Shown here piece by piece: positions 1 to 9,556 of a stretch of DNA of 64,000 nt. How positions within the stretch are numbered: the first letter of the stretch is position 1; each line of letters starts with the position of its first letter. This stretch comes from Microgenomates group bacterium (GTDB taxonomy: Bacteria; Patescibacteriota; Microgenomatia; Daviesbacterales; UBA10151). The notes under the pieces were generated by a model that did not search any database, had not been told where the DNA came from, and saw nothing but the letters and a program-made list of their open reading frames with translations. The translations under genes and the position numbers were made by a program. The stretch lies in assembly GCA_041659805.1 (NCBI GenBank), contig JBAZXP010000001.1, positions 704,589 through 768,588 of the forward strand. Reading direction: 5' to 3'.

Positions 1-201
1 ACTACTTAATAGGTTATAACGATTATCATCCTCCAGAGCCAATGTTCCTATAAATTTCCCTTTTTCTTTTATAAAACGGTTTCCCTGATTATCTTCATAA
101 TTTTCAAAACCTTCAGGTTTAAGCTGGGCAACTGGATCCAATAAACAAATCATAGTTGCCGGACGTAAATTATTCTTCTCTGTTTCAGTGTGTTTAAACA
201 T
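1..201 (-). CDS. hypothetical protein, partial (runs off window start)
   Basis: ATG at 201, open to position 1: MFKHTETEKNNLRPATMICLLDPVAQLKP... Confidence 0.6.
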   Translation of the reverse strand, partial: MFKHTETEKNNLRPATMICLLDPVAQLKPEGFENYEDNQGNRFIKEKGKFIGTLALEDDNRYNLLSS

Positions 202-307
202 AAAGACTAGTTTAACCTAGTATAGGATACTTTAAAAGAATTTTAAATTTTTACTTGGGGTAGTTTTTGCTTAAAGGTTCTTTAAGTATATTTAAAACCG
301 TCAATTA

Positions 308-337
308 TTGACAGAGGTAGTAATAGGCCAATATAAT
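308..337 (+). promoter_or_regulatory. sigma70 promoter of the leu leader/leuA
   Basis: TTGACA (308-313), 18 nt, TATAAT (332-337). Confidence 0.8.
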
Positions 338-347
338 ATCTTAAGTT

Positions 348-431
348 ATGAATAAAAGATTTGCATTGCTCCTCAACCTTAACTTACTCCTTAACAAAGG
401 AGTCCTAATGGTGTGGGAGAAAAGATCGTAA
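348..431 (+). CDS. leuL: leucine-rich attenuator leader peptide (27 aa)
   Basis: MNKRFALLLNLNLLLNKGVLMVWEKRS*, 7 Leu in a 9-codon run, directly upstream of a terminator and leuA. Confidence 0.85.
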   Translation: MNKRFALLLNLNLLLNKGVLMVWEKRS

Positions 432-460
432 TTTAAAAGAAATAAATTAATAAAAAATAC

Positions 461-490
461 AAGATCTCCCAGACCAGGGAGATTTTTTTT
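461..490 (+). terminator. attenuator terminator hairpin
   Basis: AAGATCTCCC-agacca-GGGAGATTTT then T-run; TGGGAGA (414-420) can pair with TCTCCCA (465-471) as antiterminator. Confidence 0.85.
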
Positions 491-500
491 GGAGAAAAAT

Positions 501-2099
501 ATGTTAGAAAGAAAATCTAGAGACCCAAATCACGTAATAATATTTGATACTACTCTGCGGGATGGTGACCAGTCACCCAGGCCGGAGGGTTTTAAACCAG
601 AGCAGTTTACTGTTCAGGATAAATTGGAAATTGCTGGAATGCTGAATAAATTAGGGGTAAATGTTATTGAAGCAGGATTTCCTAGTTCCTCACCAGCTAA
701 TTTTGAAGCCGTATCAGAAATTGCAAAAACAATCCATGGGCCAACCATAGCTTGTTTATCTGGTGCAGTTTTAGGGGATATTGATAAAAGCTGGAGAGCT
801 ATAGAGCCGGCAAAAGGCGAAGGTGGAGCCCGTTTACATATTGTTTTGGGCACAAGTCCGACGCATATGTTTTATAAGCTGGATATGACCGAGGATGAAG
901 TAGTAGATGCAATCAGAGAATCGGTTAGAAGAGCTAGAGATTATACCGATGACGTGGAATTTTCACCGGAAGATGCTTCTAGGTCTGATTTTAAATTCAT
1001 GATGCGGGCAATCTTAACAGCAGTGGATGCTGGCGCTCGTACAGTCAACATTCCTGATACTGTAGGTTATGCCATGCCTTTGGAATATGCAGATCGATTG
1101 GGACAAGCAAAACAGATAATTGATAATTACATAGGCAAGGATTTGGTTGTTGTCTCAGCTCACTGTCATGATGATCTGGGTTTAGCAACAGCAAATACAT
1201 TGGCTGCAATAGATAAAGGAATAAGACAGGTAGAAGTTACTATTAATGGAATTGGAGAAAGAGCAGGAAATACATCTTTAGAAGAAGTTGTGGAGGCTAT
1301 TCGCTACCGGACTGATTTTTATAGAGCGAACGGTGGTCCTCTTTTTACAACAATCGACTCAGGCTTTTTACAGAAGGCAAGTCAACTAGTGGAAAGACGT
1401 TCAGGATTGGTGGTTCAAAGAAATAAAGCAATTGTCGGACCAAACGCCTTTGCCCATACATCAGGATATCATCAACAGGGAATAGTGCGACACAGAGAAA
1501 CTTATGAATGGATGGATCCAAATGCAGTAGGGCAAGAATCATCTTTTGCAATTAGCGCCCAATCTGGCAGGGCAGGTATAGATAGCAGGGCGAAGCAATT
1601 GGGATTTGACACTAGTGATGTAGAGATTTCCAAAGGAATAAGAACTATGGTAAAAAAATATGCCGACGAAACTGAAAGAGCAGTAACAGATATTGAGCTA
1701 GAACAAATAATAGCTGATTTTAAAGGAGAAACATTAATCAATAAATATGTTTTAGGGGAAATTGAGATGCATGAATTGGATCATGATTCCAGAAGTAGAG
1801 TAGTTATTTTTATAGATGGCGAGCCTCATGAGGTGGAAGAAAAAGGGGATGGTTTAATAGATGCTGCTGTGCGTGCTATAAAGAATGCAACTGGTCTTAA
1901 TATAGATATTGTAAATTGTGTTGGCAGGTCTTTGAGGGAGGGTTCAAATGCACAATTTGGATGTTCTTTAATTGTTAAAAATGAAATTAAAATTACATCC
2001 TACGCAGAAGATGAAAGTGTGCCTTTGTCTGCGATTAAAGCATATGTTACTGCATTAAATACAATAGACCGTAGTGAGCGGAGAAAGAAATGTAAATAA
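501..2099 (+). CDS. leuA: 2-isopropylmalate synthase (DRE-TIM family)
   Basis: [49 protein letters not shown] motifs plus C-terminal regulatory domain; GGAG 491-494 before ATG 501. Confidence 0.9.
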   Translation: MLERKSRDPNHVIIFDTTLRDGDQSPRPEGFKPEQFTVQDKLEIAGMLNKLGVNVIEAGFPSSSPANFEAVSEIAKTIHGPTIACLSGAVLGDIDKSWRAIEPAKGEGGARLHIVLGTSPTHMFYKLDMTEDEVVDAIRESVRRARDYTDDVEFSPEDASRSDFKFMMRAILTAVDAGARTVNIPDTVGYAMPLEYADRLGQAKQIIDNYIGKDLVVVSAHCHDDLGLATANTLAAIDKGIRQVEVTINGIGERAGNTSLEEVVEAIRYRTDFYRANGGPLFTTIDSGFLQKASQLVERRSGLVVQRNKAIVGPNAFAHTSGYHQQGIVRHRETYEWMDPNAVGQESSFAISAQSGRAGIDSRAKQLGFDTSDVEISKGIRTMVKKYADETERAVTDIELEQIIADFKGETLINKYVLGEIEMHELDHDSRSRVVIFIDGEPHEVEEKGDGLIDAAVRAIKNATGLNIDIVNCVGRSLREGSNAQFGCSLIVKNEIKITSYAEDESVPLSAIKAYVTALNTIDRSERRKKCK

Positions 2100-2101
2100 A
2101 G

Positions 2102-2173
2102 TGACCCGGGTGGGACTTGAACCCACGACAAAGAGATTAAGAGTCTCCTGCTCTACCACTGAGCTACCGGGCC
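2102..2173 (-). tRNA. tRNA-Lys(CTT)
   Basis: cloverleaf GGCCCGGTAGCTCAGTGGTAGAGC...CTCTTAA...GTTCAAGTCC...CCGGGTCA. Confidence 0.95.
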
Positions 2174-2186
2174 ATATTTAAGCATG

Positions 2187-2259
2187 TGCGCCTGGAGGGA
2201 CTCGAACCCCCAACCGCCTCGTCCGAAGCGAGGTGCTCTATCCATTGAGCCACAGGCGC
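2187..2259 (-). tRNA. tRNA-Arg(TCG)
   Basis: cloverleaf GCGCCTGTGGCTCAATGGATAGAGC...CTTCGGA...GTTCGAGTCC...CAGGCGCA. Confidence 0.95.
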
Positions 2260-2315
2260 ATTTGTTTTTGTAGCGCACTTTATAGTGAAATGGTCAAGAC
2301 TGCTTTAGCATGTCT

Positions 2316-2337
2316 TATCCATTGAGCCACAGGCGCA
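2316..2337 (-). repeat. 22-bp exact copy of the 5' end of tRNA-Arg(TCG)
   Basis: tatccattgagccacaggcgca at 2239-2260 and 2316-2337. Confidence 0.9.
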
Positions 2338-2417
2338 ACAAGTGTATTTTACCAATTAATGCTTGAAATTCCTAATGAGAGTTGCAATCTCGAGTTAAAT
2401 TAGTTTATATTATCGGG

Positions 2418-3434
2418 GTGCCTTTGAAACATAAATATAATCAATATATTGTGGCTCCCGGTGGCGGCACCGGTGCTTTCACTTGGTGGTCAGGTGCGTC
2501 CTTATTAAACAATCCTTCAAAAAACACAGCAATTTTCGGTACCTGGGATAGCGGTGGTTCATCTGGAGAGCTTAGAGTAAACGAAGGAATTTTACCCCCT
2601 GGGGATTATATGCAATGTTTGTTGGCTATGATGGAAGATCCTATGCAGCGTCAGGAAGCGATTTTGATCTTAAGAGATAGATCCAGTGGGCATCCGATCG
2701 TAAATTTATTGGGTGCGTATTCTGAAAAACATCATCATGGAATTCAAGGCGGTATCAATGGTTTAAAAACCCTTTTCAGAGTAAAAGGAAATATTTTTCC
2801 TGTTTCACTCACAGATATTCATCTCCTTTCCGAAACAAAGACAGGTAAAAAATATTCTAATGAACATGAAATTGACGAAATTAAAGATGATCCGTCTTTT
2901 AAAGAATTAGATAAAATTTCCCGGATTTATTTTGATGTAAAGCCTGAGGCGAATCCGGATGCTCTTGTAGCTTTCAAAAAAGCAGACAAGATTGTAATTC
3001 CTCCTGGAAGTCCTTATACCAGTATTTTTCCGCATCTTTTAGTTCCCGGTATTGCGAATGCTATTTTAGAATCTAAAGCAAAATTAATTGTAGTTTTAAA
3101 TTTAATGACTACGACTGGCGAAGACCATCATTTAAATTATGCTTCAAATTGGCTTAAGGTTTTTCAGTATTATTTAGGGGATTTTGAATATATTAAAAAA
3201 AATCGCAAAAGCAGAATTCAAAAACTCGTAGTTAATCAGAATCATTTAACCAAAGAAACTTTGGAAATTTATAAACATAAGGGTCAGACACCAATTAAGG
3301 TGGATGAAGTAAGATGTTTGAAGCAAGCACCAGGTATAAAAATTATTTCAAAACAGGTTGCAGATTACGATAAGGATGCAAATTTATTAAGGCATGACCC
3401 GGTTAAGCTGGCTGAGGTTGTTCTTTCGATTTAG
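2418..3434 (+). CDS. YvcK/CofD-like (UPF0052) protein
   Basis: GGGTG, DSGGSSGELR, LPPGD, PPGSPYTSI, LLRHDP motifs; start uncertain. Confidence 0.85.
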   Translation: MPLKHKYNQYIVAPGGGTGAFTWWSGASLLNNPSKNTAIFGTWDSGGSSGELRVNEGILPPGDYMQCLLAMMEDPMQRQEAILILRDRSSGHPIVNLLGAYSEKHHHGIQGGINGLKTLFRVKGNIFPVSLTDIHLLSETKTGKKYSNEHEIDEIKDDPSFKELDKISRIYFDVKPEANPDALVAFKKADKIVIPPGSPYTSIFPHLLVPGIANAILESKAKLIVVLNLMTTTGEDHHLNYASNWLKVFQYYLGDFEYIKKNRKSRIQKLVVNQNHLTKETLEIYKHKGQTPIKVDEVRCLKQAPGIKIISKQVADYDKDANLLRHDPVKLAEVVLSI

Positions 3435-4074
3435 TTTGTTTTGGAAGCAACCAGATAGCAGAAAAGATCCCCAGAGAAATCCCCAAGAGAGTGCCGCCGA
3501 TAACATCCGAAGTCCAGTGCTCGCCAAGGTAAATTCTTGAGATTGCCATAATTAAAATAAACACAACTAGTCCTGCGAGTATTGGATACTTAACGGAGTT
3601 ACCTGTTTTGTAATAGAAATACAAAAATAAAAATGTTGCCAAAAATGATGTTCTCATCATATGTCCTGAAGGGTAGGAAAAAGCTGACTGTACGTAGTGG
3701 CTGGGAAAATTAAATTCAACAGAACCCCGGTAAAACAAATGCGGGGGCGCTGGATGAAAAACAAACGTTTTCCCGAATAATTCAAAAATATGTCCAATCC
3801 AAAATAACGAAAGCGCGAAAAATGCCATCCAGTGTCGTTTCAAAAAAATGAAAATAGTTAAAGTAAGCCAAATAATTCCGGTAATCTCCGCTGATCCGAC
3901 CAATGAAAGAATTGTAAACGGTAAATCAAACTTTCTTGAAATATGGTCCTGAAATTTGGTTGTAAGGTCGAAATCCAGTTGAGTAAACCTTTCTCTGGCC
4001 ACATAGTTTGAGAATATAACAAAAACTAAGAATATTGTTGCGGAAATGAGCAGGAAGGGAATTTTCTTAGACAC
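3403..4074 (-). CDS. PAP2 family membrane phosphatase
   Basis: SYPSGH and SRIYLGEHWTSDV motifs, multiple TM segments. Confidence 0.9.
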   Translation of the reverse strand: MSKKIPFLLISATIFLVFVIFSNYVARERFTQLDFDLTTKFQDHISRKFDLPFTILSLVGSAEITGIIWLTLTIFIFLKRHWMAFFALSLFWIGHIFELFGKTFVFHPAPPHLFYRGSVEFNFPSHYVQSAFSYPSGHMMRTSFLATFLFLYFYYKTGNSVKYPILAGLVVFILIMAISRIYLGEHWTSDVIGGTLLGISLGIFSAIWLLPKQTKSKEQPQPA

Positions 4075-4127
4075 ATATAAATTGTACCAGAAATTTGAAA
4101 AAAAGTACCCTTTGAGATATTATTCCT

Positions 4128-4541
4128 GTGATGAAATCAATTGAAGTCGGTAAAGGAAAAACACGCATAAATGTAAACGGTGCTGACGGGACCAGCTATT
4201 ATATTAGCGTTAAAAATGAAGCTGCTTTAAGAAAACTTCGTGCTGCCGAAAGGGCACATACTTTTTTTACCGGAAATTGCGAACAAATCGTAAGGTTAAT
4301 GAGTGGTAATGAGGGTGACGAGTCTGATTTAATCAAAAACAATGAGTTTACAGGTATGGTAAACGAATTACGCAGGGCTCGAGTTGGTAAAAAGAAATTT
4401 TTGCATTCTCTTAGTCAGTGGGTAGAAAATAGTCCAAGTAGCCCAGCACTCGAGATAGGACGAGATTTTGCTAGGAGATATACTAATTTTGTTTACGAAG
4501 AAGTTAAAAGGTTGGGTATAGAAGCTAAGACTAAGAAATAA
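4128..4541 (+). CDS. hypothetical protein
   Basis: 137-aa ORF, no recognised motif. Confidence 0.6.
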   Translation: MMKSIEVGKGKTRINVNGADGTSYYISVKNEAALRKLRAAERAHTFFTGNCEQIVRLMSGNEGDESDLIKNNEFTGMVNELRRARVGKKKFLHSLSQWVENSPSSPALEIGRDFARRYTNFVYEEVKRLGIEAKTKK

Positions 4542-5478
4542 GTATTTTTAAGACTTCTTGAGCAGAATTTGTTTTCATCAATTTTACTCTTAGTTGTTTT
4601 GCTTCAGGGAAACCTGAGATATAAGCCTTATAAAACTTTTTTAGGATGTCGTAATTTTTATTTTTTCCCCAGGTTTTATCAAAAAGCTTAATATGATTTA
4701 TTAAGGCCTTTATTCTCATCCCAGGAGTTATGTCGCTTTCATTAATTTTAGGATTAAATACCCATAAATTATTAAAAATTCCGCGTCCAATCATCACTCC
4801 GTCAACTCCATATTTTTTTGCATAATCATGCGCCTGTTTTAGGCTCGTTACATCTCCATTTCCAATTATTTTTGTTTTTGGATTGATTTTATCCCTCAGT
4901 TTGACACATTTGGCAATTTCATCCCAATGAGCAGGCACTTTTGACAACTCTTTTACTGTCCTTCCGTGTATAGTGAGTGCATCAAGATTAAGCGTTAATA
5001 AAAAACTGATCCACTCTTCTGTTGTAATAGACCTAAGTCCGATTCTGGTTTTAACGCTGATCGGTAACTTGGGAGCTCCTTTTTTGGTTTCATCAACAAT
5101 TTGTTTGGCTAAAATATTATTTAATATTAAGCCTCCACCGGCACCTTTTTTAACTACATTTTTATCCGGACAGCCCATATTTATATCAATTCCGTCAAAG
5201 CCCATTTTGGAAATCATTTTTGCAACAGTATAAAATTTTTCTGGGTCATTACCCCAAATTTGGGCAATTAAAGGCTTTTCTTTTTTTGAAAATTTAAAAC
5301 GGGGAATGATTTTTTCATAGCCTTCAGATGTAAGCCCGTCAATGGACGCAAACTCAGTAAAAAAGATATCCGGTTTGCCGTATTTTGCCACGATTTGTCT
5401 AAAAACTGTGTCAGTCACGTCCTCCATTGGAGCAAGGGCAGTAAAAGGCTTTTGTAAAGTGTGCCAAATATTCTTCAT
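4531..5478 (-). CDS. dus: tRNA-dihydrouridine synthase
   Basis: LAPMEDVTD, DINMGCP, SVKTRIG, TIHGRT, IGNGD, GVMIGRG. Confidence 0.95.
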   Translation of the reverse strand: MKNIWHTLQKPFTALAPMEDVTDTVFRQIVAKYGKPDIFFTEFASIDGLTSEGYEKIIPRFKFSKKEKPLIAQIWGNDPEKFYTVAKMISKMGFDGIDINMGCPDKNVVKKGAGGGLILNNILAKQIVDETKKGAPKLPISVKTRIGLRSITTEEWISFLLTLNLDALTIHGRTVKELSKVPAHWDEIAKCVKLRDKINPKTKIIGNGDVTSLKQAHDYAKKYGVDGVMIGRGIFNNLWVFNPKINESDITPGMRIKALINHIKLFDKTWGKNKNYDILKKFYKAYISGFPEAKQLRVKLMKTNSAQEVLKILIS

Positions 5479-5528
5479 AATCTAAGTATTATACTTGAAA
5501 GTAGTTGATTTCGCAGAAAAAAGGCATG

Positions 5529-5612
5529 AAAAAAGCCCCTTTCGGAGCCTTTTTCCCAATTTGTAAACCTTACGGAAAACAAAAAGACTTATTAACCTTA
5601 CGGTTATTAAGT
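5529..5612 (-). ncRNA. candidate small RNA (copy 1)
   Basis: own promoter TTGACA-17-TATTAT (5647-5619), 5' hairpin ACTTAATAACC-GTAA-GGTTAATAAGT, terminator AAAAAGGCTCCGAAAGGGGCTTTTT. Confidence 0.6.
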
Positions 5613-5661
5613 TTGTATATAATACACTAGTTTTTATACTTTGTCAACAACTAGTTTGAAT

Positions 5662-7029
5662 TCACTGAATTTTGATACTTTGGTTTCTTTGGGGACCTGT
5701 TGTGATCATGGTAATTTTAGTTCCTAAATTTGCTTCCATAAAATCCAGATATGCTTTAGCTTCTTTTGGTAGTTCCTTGTAATTTCTGGCTGCTTGAATA
5801 GCATTTCTATTCCAGGTAGGTAGTTCGATATATTCAGGTGTTACCTGGTTTAAGAATTCCTGGCTGGGTCTATAATCAACTTCTTCTCTGCCTAATCTAT
5901 AAGAGGTGCAAATTTTTATCGGAAGATCGGGGTATACGCAATCCATATGAGTAAGGATTAAAGAGTTAATATTACCTGCACTAGTAAAGACACGGAGCGC
6001 AGGTAAATCAATATGAGCGATACGCCTGATTCTTTTTGTGGTTGCACCGAATTCTTTATGGTCTTCTCTTATTCTGGTATCCCATTTTTCTTCCATCATT
6101 GTGGGTAAATTTCTATTACCGACGCTACTCATATAAGTGGCCTTAATTACAGCCGCTCTAAGTTCAATTTGATTAGGGTCAACAATACCTTCTGTTGAGG
6201 AACGGATACCTTCAAAAGTTGTGTCTGAGGCAGTAACATCAGGGTACACTCCGTAGCGATGATCCAGCCCGATTGCCTGAGCTTTTTCAAAAATAAAAAC
6301 ATTATTTTCATCCTGCCAATCTTTTTTTAGATAAGAATTAACGTCTGAAGTTAATGGTTTTAGCGTTTTACCCTGTGCCATTAATTTCTCAACAAAATTA
6401 TATTTACCTCCCACTGTGTATAATTCCTCGTGGCATAATAGTGGAACTTTTGTTTGTTCTAATTTAAATCCCATGCCATCTAGCAATGCTTGATATAATT
6501 CGTAATGTTCAATGATTTTTTTAGCATTAAAATCGGTAATATCCTTCATTCGTAGAGGATGTCGCAGCAATATATCTGCATAAGCAGGACCAATTCCCCG
6601 TCCTGTTGCGCCATTACCGCCCGATTGCCAGTCTTTTAAAGCCGCCTCATAGGCTCTGTGAGTATCTAGCGCCAGAAAACTCATTTCATCAATAATAATT
6701 TCAGCCGCATTTCCCGGTCCTGCAGTTTCATTAACTTCATATATTTCAGTTAATAAATCTGCCGGATGAATGACCATATCTTTGCCTAAGATTACTTTTG
6801 CTGATGAACATAACATTCCTGATGGTAAAAGATGCATGGCAATTCGTCTTCCATCATCTAATTCCACAGTATGTCCCGCATTCGCGCCGCCATTATCCCG
6901 ATAAACTATAACAGGATGTCCATTAGAGGAGTAAGTATTTACGTATTCATCGACAATTCTGCCTTTGCCTTCGTCACCAAAAGCACCACCGCAAAATGCA
7001 AATGAGTTAGGTCTAATTTCTTTTTTCAT
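5662..7029 (-). CDS. purA: adenylosuccinate synthetase
   Basis: GDEGKGRIVD, GGANAGHT, GRGIGPAY, EFGATTKR, TTGPQR. Confidence 0.95.
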   Translation of the reverse strand: MKKEIRPNSFAFCGGAFGDEGKGRIVDEYVNTYSSNGHPVIVYRDNGGANAGHTVELDDGRRIAMHLLPSGMLCSSAKVILGKDMVIHPADLLTEIYEVNETAGPGNAAEIIIDEMSFLALDTHRAYEAALKDWQSGGNGATGRGIGPAYADILLRHPLRMKDITDFNAKKIIEHYELYQALLDGMGFKLEQTKVPLLCHEELYTVGGKYNFVEKLMAQGKTLKPLTSDVNSYLKKDWQDENNVFIFEKAQAIGLDHRYGVYPDVTASDTTFEGIRSSTEGIVDPNQIELRAAVIKATYMSSVGNRNLPTMMEEKWDTRIREDHKEFGATTKRIRRIAHIDLPALRVFTSAGNINSLILTHMDCVYPDLPIKICTSYRLGREEVDYRPSQEFLNQVTPEYIELPTWNRNAIQAARNYKELPKEAKAYLDFMEANLGTKITMITTGPQRNQSIKIQ

Positions 7030-7137
7030 TAATAGCCCAGAAGAACTATAGTAGGAAAATAAAGCATTGTCAATTCCTCTTTTGATTAATTTGACAAAAC
7101 ATTTATTGTTTTGCTATAAGTTAATAATCTTACAAAA

Positions 7138-7643
7138 ATGCCTAGACAAGAAACAGGTATATCAACAAGTATAGTAGCTTTTAAAATTGGTCCTAAGCAT
7201 ACTTCAGGCCGCGAGGAATGATTTCTTTTATTTAGTAAGGGTGTAGAAGAAGGTCAAGGTAGAGGTTTTCATAGGGACGGAATCGGTTCTCCATGGATGT
7301 GCAGGCACTTTATCGGCCAAGGTCAAGAGTAGAATGGAGAGAATATGGTAAAAATCAGGTGGAGATATACCTACAAAGAAATGTTTATGCTTATACTATG
7401 ATTGGTATTGATAAAGACGGGGATATTATTGCGTCTGCTGCAGGTGGTTTGGTTGGAAGAGTTGGGCAAACTCTTGAGGGTATGGCACAAAACATGATTA
7501 GTAGTGGAGCACAGAATGTATTGTTGATGGGTGAAGGAAACGATGTGTTTCAAAAAATAAATGGTAAATATACAGTAGAACCAAGAAGAGGACGTCTTAG
7601 AGCAGTATTCATTTTTAGCAACACAAAAATAAGGCTAATATAA
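7138..7643 (+). pseudogene. fragmented gene ending in a phosphodiester glycosidase (NAGPA-like) C-terminal region
   Basis: short ORF from ATG 7138 after a -10 box, then ORF 7293-7643 with YTMIGIDKDG...GQTLEGMAQNMISSGAQNVLLMGEG. Confidence 0.45.
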
Positions 7644-7750
7644 TTTATTGATTATATTATTCGATCTCCCGTGGTGCTTGTTGAGGGTATAATGGTTCGC
7701 TCACTGAGTTTGGCCACCAATGTGTTTTCTGTACAAATTTTACTCTATCA

Positions 7751-8428
7751 TCACCGGGGGGTCCCATCCTTAGGGTAAGCAAGACTGGCTAAAACAAATG
7801 TTTTTTGACCAGGTAAAATTAGTGGGAAATGGAGAATGAGACATTCTGTCCTTTTAGGTGGTTCATAAACCTGTTTTAAAGCTATTTCAGTTGCTCCTAA
7901 TCTGTATAGTTCCAAACAATGAGAAAATGGGTTGTCTGCAAACTGATTATTGTCCTTAATAACTTCTCCTGCTGCGCATCTTCCAGCAATATGGTTTGCA
8001 TTCCAGGCAGCAGATGTTGTTGGATCCATATCTTCGTTTTGATCTGGTGCCATACGTGGGCGCCAACCTGCACCTATATCTGAACGACTAGCTGCTTCTA
8101 AAGCTGCAAAAAAAGCTTTATCAGAAGCTACACTAAAAGCTGCATCTCTGGCGCCTGATCTTCCTCTTTTTGAAGCTTCTTTGTAAGAAGCGCCATAGGC
8201 ATCTTCAAAGTTAGCATAATCTCTTAAAGATTTATTTATTTTTTGAGCAAGTTCATTAATATTTGGCAAAATAGTGTCAATTTCTGCAAGGGTTCTTGGT
8301 TTAAACCATAATTTTTTTTCAGTTATTTCATTTAAAGTGGTTAAAACCTTTAGTACCCCTTCTTGGCAAACAGGTGGGAGGGTTAAGCAATCGTTTGGCA
8401 GTGTAGGTTCTATGTCTAATTTACTCAT
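7751..8428 (-). CDS. hypothetical protein
   Basis: 225-aa ORF with TTGACA-17-TATAAT promoter upstream. Confidence 0.7.
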   Translation of the reverse strand: MSKLDIEPTLPNDCLTLPPVCQEGVLKVLTTLNEITEKKLWFKPRTLAEIDTILPNINELAQKINKSLRDYANFEDAYGASYKEASKRGRSGARDAAFSVASDKAFFAALEAASRSDIGAGWRPRMAPDQNEDMDPTTSAAWNANHIAGRCAAGEVIKDNNQFADNPFSHCLELYRLGATEIALKQVYEPPKRTECLILHFPLILPGQKTFVLASLAYPKDGTPR

Positions 8429-8538
8429 AAAATATTTTTTATGCAGAACAGATATGTTGTAATTATATGGGTAATTTTGTGTTTGTCAACTTTGTTGAGA
8501 TTTTATGAATTTGGGATGTCATATATATAATTGTCAAT

Positions 8539-8679
8539 ATGAAAAAGGGTTCCAAATTGATTTTGGTGGTTCGTAGAGGGAATATTGTCCGTTCTCCTGT
8601 TGCGGAATTTGTTTTTAATGAGGAAATAATTTTCTTATTGATTCATCGCTTGAATACTGGAGGCAAATCAATAACCTGA
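8539..8679 (+). pseudogene. N-terminal fragment of a low-molecular-weight protein-tyrosine phosphatase
   Basis: MKKGSKLILVVRRGNIVRSPVAEFVF resembles the VCxGNxCRSPxAE P-loop; catalytic Cys position is CGT (Arg). Confidence 0.6.
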
Positions 8680-9349
8680 ATAGCTGCGTTTCAAGGGTGC
8701 CAAAATAAGTATGGTGTAAATTTTCACCATACTTTTCTTCTAAAGAAGTATATACTTTTTCATAAGGTTCCCAGCTGGGAGAGTTTGCACTTATCCCCAT
8801 TGCCTCAACAGATTTTCGGCTATAATAGTACGCCCCTGTTTCAGCTAACCATAATGGCAAAGAATCATCCATATATAAATGAGAAATTTCATGTGATGCA
8901 ATCATAAGACAAATAGCATCTGCAGAATATTTTTGTGCACTTTCAATGCCTTGATGCCTGTTTATCAACAACTCCTGATTCTCTTCCGGTAGTTGAGACC
9001 ATGCGTCAGGCCAGTAAAGAGGAAAGAGTCTTTGCCTGCCTACTGGGATCATTTCTGAATAAGTACTATTAATTTTCGGTGTTTGAATTTCCCGGATTTC
9101 ATGACTTTGCTGTATAACTTTATCATAAGAGTTTTGGTCGAGCAGTATAAATTTTGAGGTGATTGTCTCATCCTTTAAAGGTCTTTTAATATACCTTCCG
9201 TTGAGATCCAAAATCTGCTGGTGACTTTGTCTTAGTATACAGTTTAGTCTTGATCTGTCTGATGGGGTTGTAACAGTTCTAGAAGTTTCTCTTGCCTGAG
9301 CTATAAGTTCTTTGAGGGCAATTGTTTTTTGCAATGATTGTTCGTTCAT
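8615..9349 (-). CDS. hypothetical protein with HExxH motif (possible zincin)
   Basis: IASHEISHLY...LWLAETGA. Confidence 0.6.
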   Translation of the reverse strand: MNEQSLQKTIALKELIAQARETSRTVTTPSDRSRLNCILRQSHQQILDLNGRYIKRPLKDETITSKFILLDQNSYDKVIQQSHEIREIQTPKINSTYSEMIPVGRQRLFPLYWPDAWSQLPEENQELLINRHQGIESAQKYSADAICLMIASHEISHLYMDDSLPLWLAETGAYYYSRKSVEAMGISANSPSWEPYEKVYTSLEEKYGENLHHTYFGTLETQLFRLLICLQYSSDESIRKLFPH

Positions 9350-9461
9350 AAACAGTGATTATACCTGTTTAGCCAGAACTAGTCAAACTATAGGGTTTTA
9401 GGATAGTTGAGAGGATTCTAAGCAGAAATTACAGTAAAATACAAACTATAGGTTCTTTTTA

Positions 9462-9476
9462 GTGATTGACGGGATT
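9462..9476 (-). repeat. copy of tRNA-His 3' end (att-like scar)
   Basis: gtgattgacgggatt vs gtgatcgacgggatt at 10366-10380 (14/15). Confidence 0.6.
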
Positions 9477-9556
9477 AAGAATATCTTTTGCCTTCCAAGA
9501 ATAGATCTATCCTATAGTTTGCTATTTGAGCTCAAAAAAGGTATAATACGCAGGTT

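Noticed and set aside
240-2102. leuA as a cassette at tRNA-Lys (stop 2 nt from the tRNA end)
   Set aside because: No convincing tRNA-Lys 3' copy upstream; tight convergence is common in compact genomes.
7046-7051. CTATAG upstream of purA as a CTATAG box
   Set aside because: It overlaps the -10 element (TATAGT) rather than abutting the -35.
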